The notes beneath the pieces are model-generated. The model did no database searches and was not told the DNA's origin. It saw only the letters and a program-made list of their open reading frames with translations. Both the position numbers and the translations under genes were made by a program. Below, in pieces: positions 57,507 to 64,000 of a DNA stretch of 64,000 nucleotides (positions are counted from its first letter, which is position 1; every line of letters starts with the position of its first letter). The DNA comes from Thermoanaerobaculia bacterium (lineage in GTDB: Bacteria; Acidobacteriota; Thermoanaerobaculia; Multivoradales; JAGPDF01): NCBI GenBank assembly GCA_046331385.1, contig JAXLQW010000001.1:3580366-3644365 (forward strand). Reading direction: 5' to 3'.

Positions 57507-58802
57507 ATGAAGAGGTGGATTCAGTGCACCGCCGTGCTCGCGGGCGCGGTGGCGATCGCCGGCTGGACGGCCGCCCCCGCGGCGGGCGCCGGCTTCGGCA
57601 TCTTCGAGCAAGGCAGCAAGGCGATGGGCATGGCGGGCGCCTTCACCGCTCAGGCCGACGATCCGTCGGCGCTGTTCCACAACGCGGGCGGGCTCGCGTT
57701 CGTCACCGAGCAGGGCTTCAGCGTCGGCTTCACGGCGATCACCTTCGCGAAGGCCGACTTCCAGGGCGGCGAGCCGTTCCCGGGCAGCGACTACTCGGCC
57801 AAGCAGAAGACGCTCTTCCAGACGCCGCCGCACGTCTACTGGGTGCGGTCGCTCAACGAGCGCTGGAAGTTCGGCCTGGGCTTCAATACGCCCTATGGCC
57901 TGGAGACGAACTGGAAGAACCCGGAGACTTTCGAGGGTCGGTACCTGTCGACCAAGGCGGCGCTGCGCACCTTCGATTTCAACCCCAGCCTCGGTTGGCA
58001 GGTGAGCGACCGCTTCGGCATCGGTTTCGGCGCCATCGTTCGCTTCTCGGACATCGAGCTCAACCGCTTCGTGCCGCAGGTCGATCCCTTCACCTTCCGG
58101 GTGGTGGACGTGGCCAAGGTCAAGCTCGACAGCGGCTTCGAGCGCGGCTACGGCTGGAATCTCGGCATTCTGCACCGCTACAACGAGAGCTTCTCCTGGG
58201 GCTTCTCCTATCGCAGCCGGATCAAGGTGGACTACGACGGCAAAGCGCACTTCACCCAGATCCCGACCGGCAACCCGGTGCTCGACGCGGTGATCGCCTC
58301 GCGCCTGCCGTTCACCAGCGCCGCGCCGGTGGCGACGTCGATCGAGTTCCCCGACATGGCGAGCCTCGGGGTGGCCATCGCCCTCGGCCCGACGATGGTG
58401 CTCGAGGCGGACGCCAACTGGACCGGCTGGTCGAGCTTCGACAAGGTGGCGATCGCGATCGAGAACCGGCCCGACCTGTCGAGCACCCTCGACGAGAACT
58501 GGGACAACGCCTACAACTACCGCCTCGGCCTGCGGTGGAACTCGAGCGCCGGCTCCCAGTGGCGCTTCGGCTTGGTCCTCGACCAGACGCCGCAGCCCGA
58601 CGAGCACGTGAGTCCGCTGCTGCCCGATTCCGACCGCCTGGGCTACACCGTCGGCTTCGGCCACGCTCTCGGCGGCAACCAGATCGATCTGGCGCTGATG
58701 TACTTGCCGTTCGACGACCGCACCACGACCACGAACTCCGACAACTTCAACGGCACCTACAAGACCCAGGCCTGGCTCTTCGGCGCGACGTACAGCTTCT
58801 GA
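57507..58802 (+). CDS. FadL/TodX/OmpP1-family outer-membrane channel for long-chain fatty acids or hydrophobic compounds.
   Basis: The protein starts with the signal [28 protein letters not shown], then [37 protein letters not shown], the FadL N-terminal hatch motif. A beta-barrel follows, ending in ...GATYSF. Confidence 0.8.
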   Translation: MKRWIQCTAVLAGAVAIAGWTAAPAAGAGFGIFEQGSKAMGMAGAFTAQADDPSALFHNAGGLAFVTEQGFSVGFTAITFAKADFQGGEPFPGSDYSAKQKTLFQTPPHVYWVRSLNERWKFGLGFNTPYGLETNWKNPETFEGRYLSTKAALRTFDFNPSLGWQVSDRFGIGFGAIVRFSDIELNRFVPQVDPFTFRVVDVAKVKLDSGFERGYGWNLGILHRYNESFSWGFSYRSRIKVDYDGKAHFTQIPTGNPVLDAVIASRLPFTSAAPVATSIEFPDMASLGVAIALGPTMVLEADANWTGWSSFDKVAIAIENRPDLSSTLDENWDNAYNYRLGLRWNSSAGSQWRFGLVLDQTPQPDEHVSPLLPDSDRLGYTVGFGHALGGNQIDLALMYLPFDDRTTTTNSDNFNGTYKTQAWLFGATYSF

Positions 58803-58839
58803 GCCAACCGGACCGCGTGAGAACCGCAAGGAGACGGCG

Positions 58840-60300
58840 ATGAGAAGTCACTTCTGGAAGGCGTTGGTCGGCGCGGCGGCGTTGCTGCCCGCCGCGGCGG
58901 GAGCCCAGGTCGACTTTGCGCACTACGTCGCCCTGGGAGACAGTCTGACGGCCGGATTTCAGAGCGGCGGCCTGTCGGTCTCGGGACAGCAGGGAAGCTA
59001 TCCGCTCTGGATCCACGTGCAGGCGACCGGCAACGACAACTTCCAGCAGCCGCTGGTGTCCGAGCCCGGCCTGCCGCCGCAGCTGAAGCTCAAGAGTCTG
59101 TCGCCGCTGCAGATCGTGCCCAAGAACGGCACCGGCAATCCGTTGAACCTCTACCTGCCGCGCCCCTACGACAATCTCGGCGTACCGGGGGCGAAGGTGC
59201 ACGACACCCTCGCCACGGTGACCGACAACGGCGGGCTGCACGACCTGATCCTGCGTGGCCTGGGCACCGCCTGGCAGCAGGGGCTGGCGCTCCACCCCAG
59301 CCTGGTGACCCTGTGGATCGGCAACAACGACGTGCTGGCGGCGGCGGTCTCGGGGATCGCGATCGAGGGTGTGACGCTGACGCCCGCGGCGCAGTTCGAG
59401 GCCGACTATCGCGCCCTCACCGGCGCGATCGCCGCCGCGGGCGCCAAGCTGGCGCTCGCCACCATTCCGCGGGTGACGGCGATTCCCTACGTCATCACCA
59501 TTCCGCCGGTGGTGGTCAACCCGGCCACGCAGCAGCCGGTGTTGATCAACGGCGCGACCGTGCCGCTGATCGGTCCCAACGGCCCGTTGTCCCCCGCCGA
59601 CAAGGTCCTGCTTTCGGCGCAGACCGAGCTCGCGCAGGGCAAGGGCATTCCGGTCCAGCTCGGCGGCAGCGGCCAACCGCTGTCGAACTCGTCGGTGCTC
59701 TCGGCGGCCGAGATCACGGCCATCCAAGCGCACGCCGACGCCTACAACGCCGTGATCCGCAGCGTCGCCAACTCGACCAACTCGGCGCTGGTCGACACCG
59801 AGGCTCTCTTCGACTCGATCGTCGCCAACGGGCTGTCGATCGGCGGCATCCACTACAGCAACGCCTTCCTGACCGGCGGCATCTTCTCCTACGACGGCGT
59901 GCATCCGACGCCGTTCGGCTACGCCTATGTCGCCAACCAGTTCATCGGCGCGATCAACGGCAAGTTCGGCACCAGCGTGCCGACGATCAGCCTGCGGCGG
60001 GTGATCCGCGGCGGCGGCGCGGCGACCGCGCCGGTGTCCGCGGCCGAGGCGCAGCGCGCCGTGCTCTCCGAGAAGGCGCAGGCGAACCTGCGCTGGTCGC
60101 TGCAGATTCCGTCCAAGGAGTACCTCGAGTCGATCGCCGGCGACGGCGACGGCGGCGGAGACGGGGGCGGTGGTGACGAAGGCGGTGGCGGGGACGGCGG
60201 TGGCGGCGGCGACGGCGGCGGTGGCGAGGGCGGCGGCGACGGCGACGGCGGGCATGACCACGGCGGCCCGCACGAGCACGGCGGCGACGGCCGGCGGTAA
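58840..60300 (+). CDS. Secreted SGNH/GDSL-family hydrolase (lipase or esterase) with a Gly/Asp-rich, His-containing C-terminal tail.
   Basis: The protein has the signal [23 protein letters not shown], the GDSL block [16 protein letters not shown], and the catalytic DxxH (YDGVHPT). The tail is [53 protein letters not shown]. Confidence 0.75.
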   Translation: MRSHFWKALVGAAALLPAAAGAQVDFAHYVALGDSLTAGFQSGGLSVSGQQGSYPLWIHVQATGNDNFQQPLVSEPGLPPQLKLKSLSPLQIVPKNGTGNPLNLYLPRPYDNLGVPGAKVHDTLATVTDNGGLHDLILRGLGTAWQQGLALHPSLVTLWIGNNDVLAAAVSGIAIEGVTLTPAAQFEADYRALTGAIAAAGAKLALATIPRVTAIPYVITIPPVVVNPATQQPVLINGATVPLIGPNGPLSPADKVLLSAQTELAQGKGIPVQLGGSGQPLSNSSVLSAAEITAIQAHADAYNAVIRSVANSTNSALVDTEALFDSIVANGLSIGGIHYSNAFLTGGIFSYDGVHPTPFGYAYVANQFIGAINGKFGTSVPTISLRRVIRGGGAATAPVSAAEAQRAVLSEKAQANLRWSLQIPSKEYLESIAGDGDGGGDGGGGDEGGGGDGGGGGDGGGGEGGGDGDGGHDHGGPHEHGGDGRR

Positions 60301-60397
60301 GCTCTCCGCGATCGGTCGGCAGCATCCGGGCGCCGGGATCTCCGGCGCCCTTTTCGTGCCCAGTCGCTCGACGCGGATGCTAAAGTCCCCGGCTCGC

Positions 60398-63223
<2,826 letters not shown>

Positions 63224-63269
63224 CTCGGCGCGGAACTTCCGCCGGGGTCGGGGCGTACAATCCGGGAGC

Positions 63270-64000
<731 letters not shown>

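Overview
This is a high-GC bacterial chromosomal segment. By eye it is roughly 70% GC, and high-GC frames are open on both strands, so most long ORFs in the six-frame track are artefacts. The protein content points to an Acidobacteria-like genome: there are 'ADOP'-type FtsX/MacB-family permeases, acidobacterial-style TonB-dependent-like outer-membrane proteins, many sigma-54 activators and Ser/Thr kinases. This is an inference; no database search was possible.

The dominant structure is a co-directional minus-strand cluster of about 24 kb (24,805 down to 1). In transcription order it reads: sigma-54 promoter, then a MacA-like membrane-fusion adaptor, a MacB/LolD-type ATPase, eight tandem paralogous ADOP permeases (about 800 aa each), a second MacB-type ATPase, a membrane PAS-GGDEF diguanylate cyclase, and an NtrC-type sigma-54 response regulator. 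The intergenic gaps are only 0-70 nt.

The rest of the window holds the following, roughly left to right:
- a divergent membrane Ser/Thr kinase with a PEGA-like ectodomain, and an arginase-family enzyme;
- a lower-GC island of about 4 kb carrying a secreted glycoside-hydrolase-like protein and the 5' half of a second secreted repeat protein;
- moaB, a YeaQ/GlsB stress protein and polA;
- a small secreted protein sharing a novel C-terminal domain with the island-fused gene, a second Ser/Thr kinase, and a UMF1-type MFS transporter adjacent to a PlsC acyltransferase;
- a GT-C-like polytopic membrane protein, two tandem sulfatase-like/TPR lipoproteins and a TonB-dependent-like outer-membrane protein;
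- selB, an NtrY-like histidine kinase with a DUF4390 protein, and smpB;
- a FadL-family outer-membrane channel adjacent to an SGNH lipase, then uvrA and the start of a GAF sigma-54 activator.

No rRNA, tRNA, CRISPR array, transposase or integrase was recognised.
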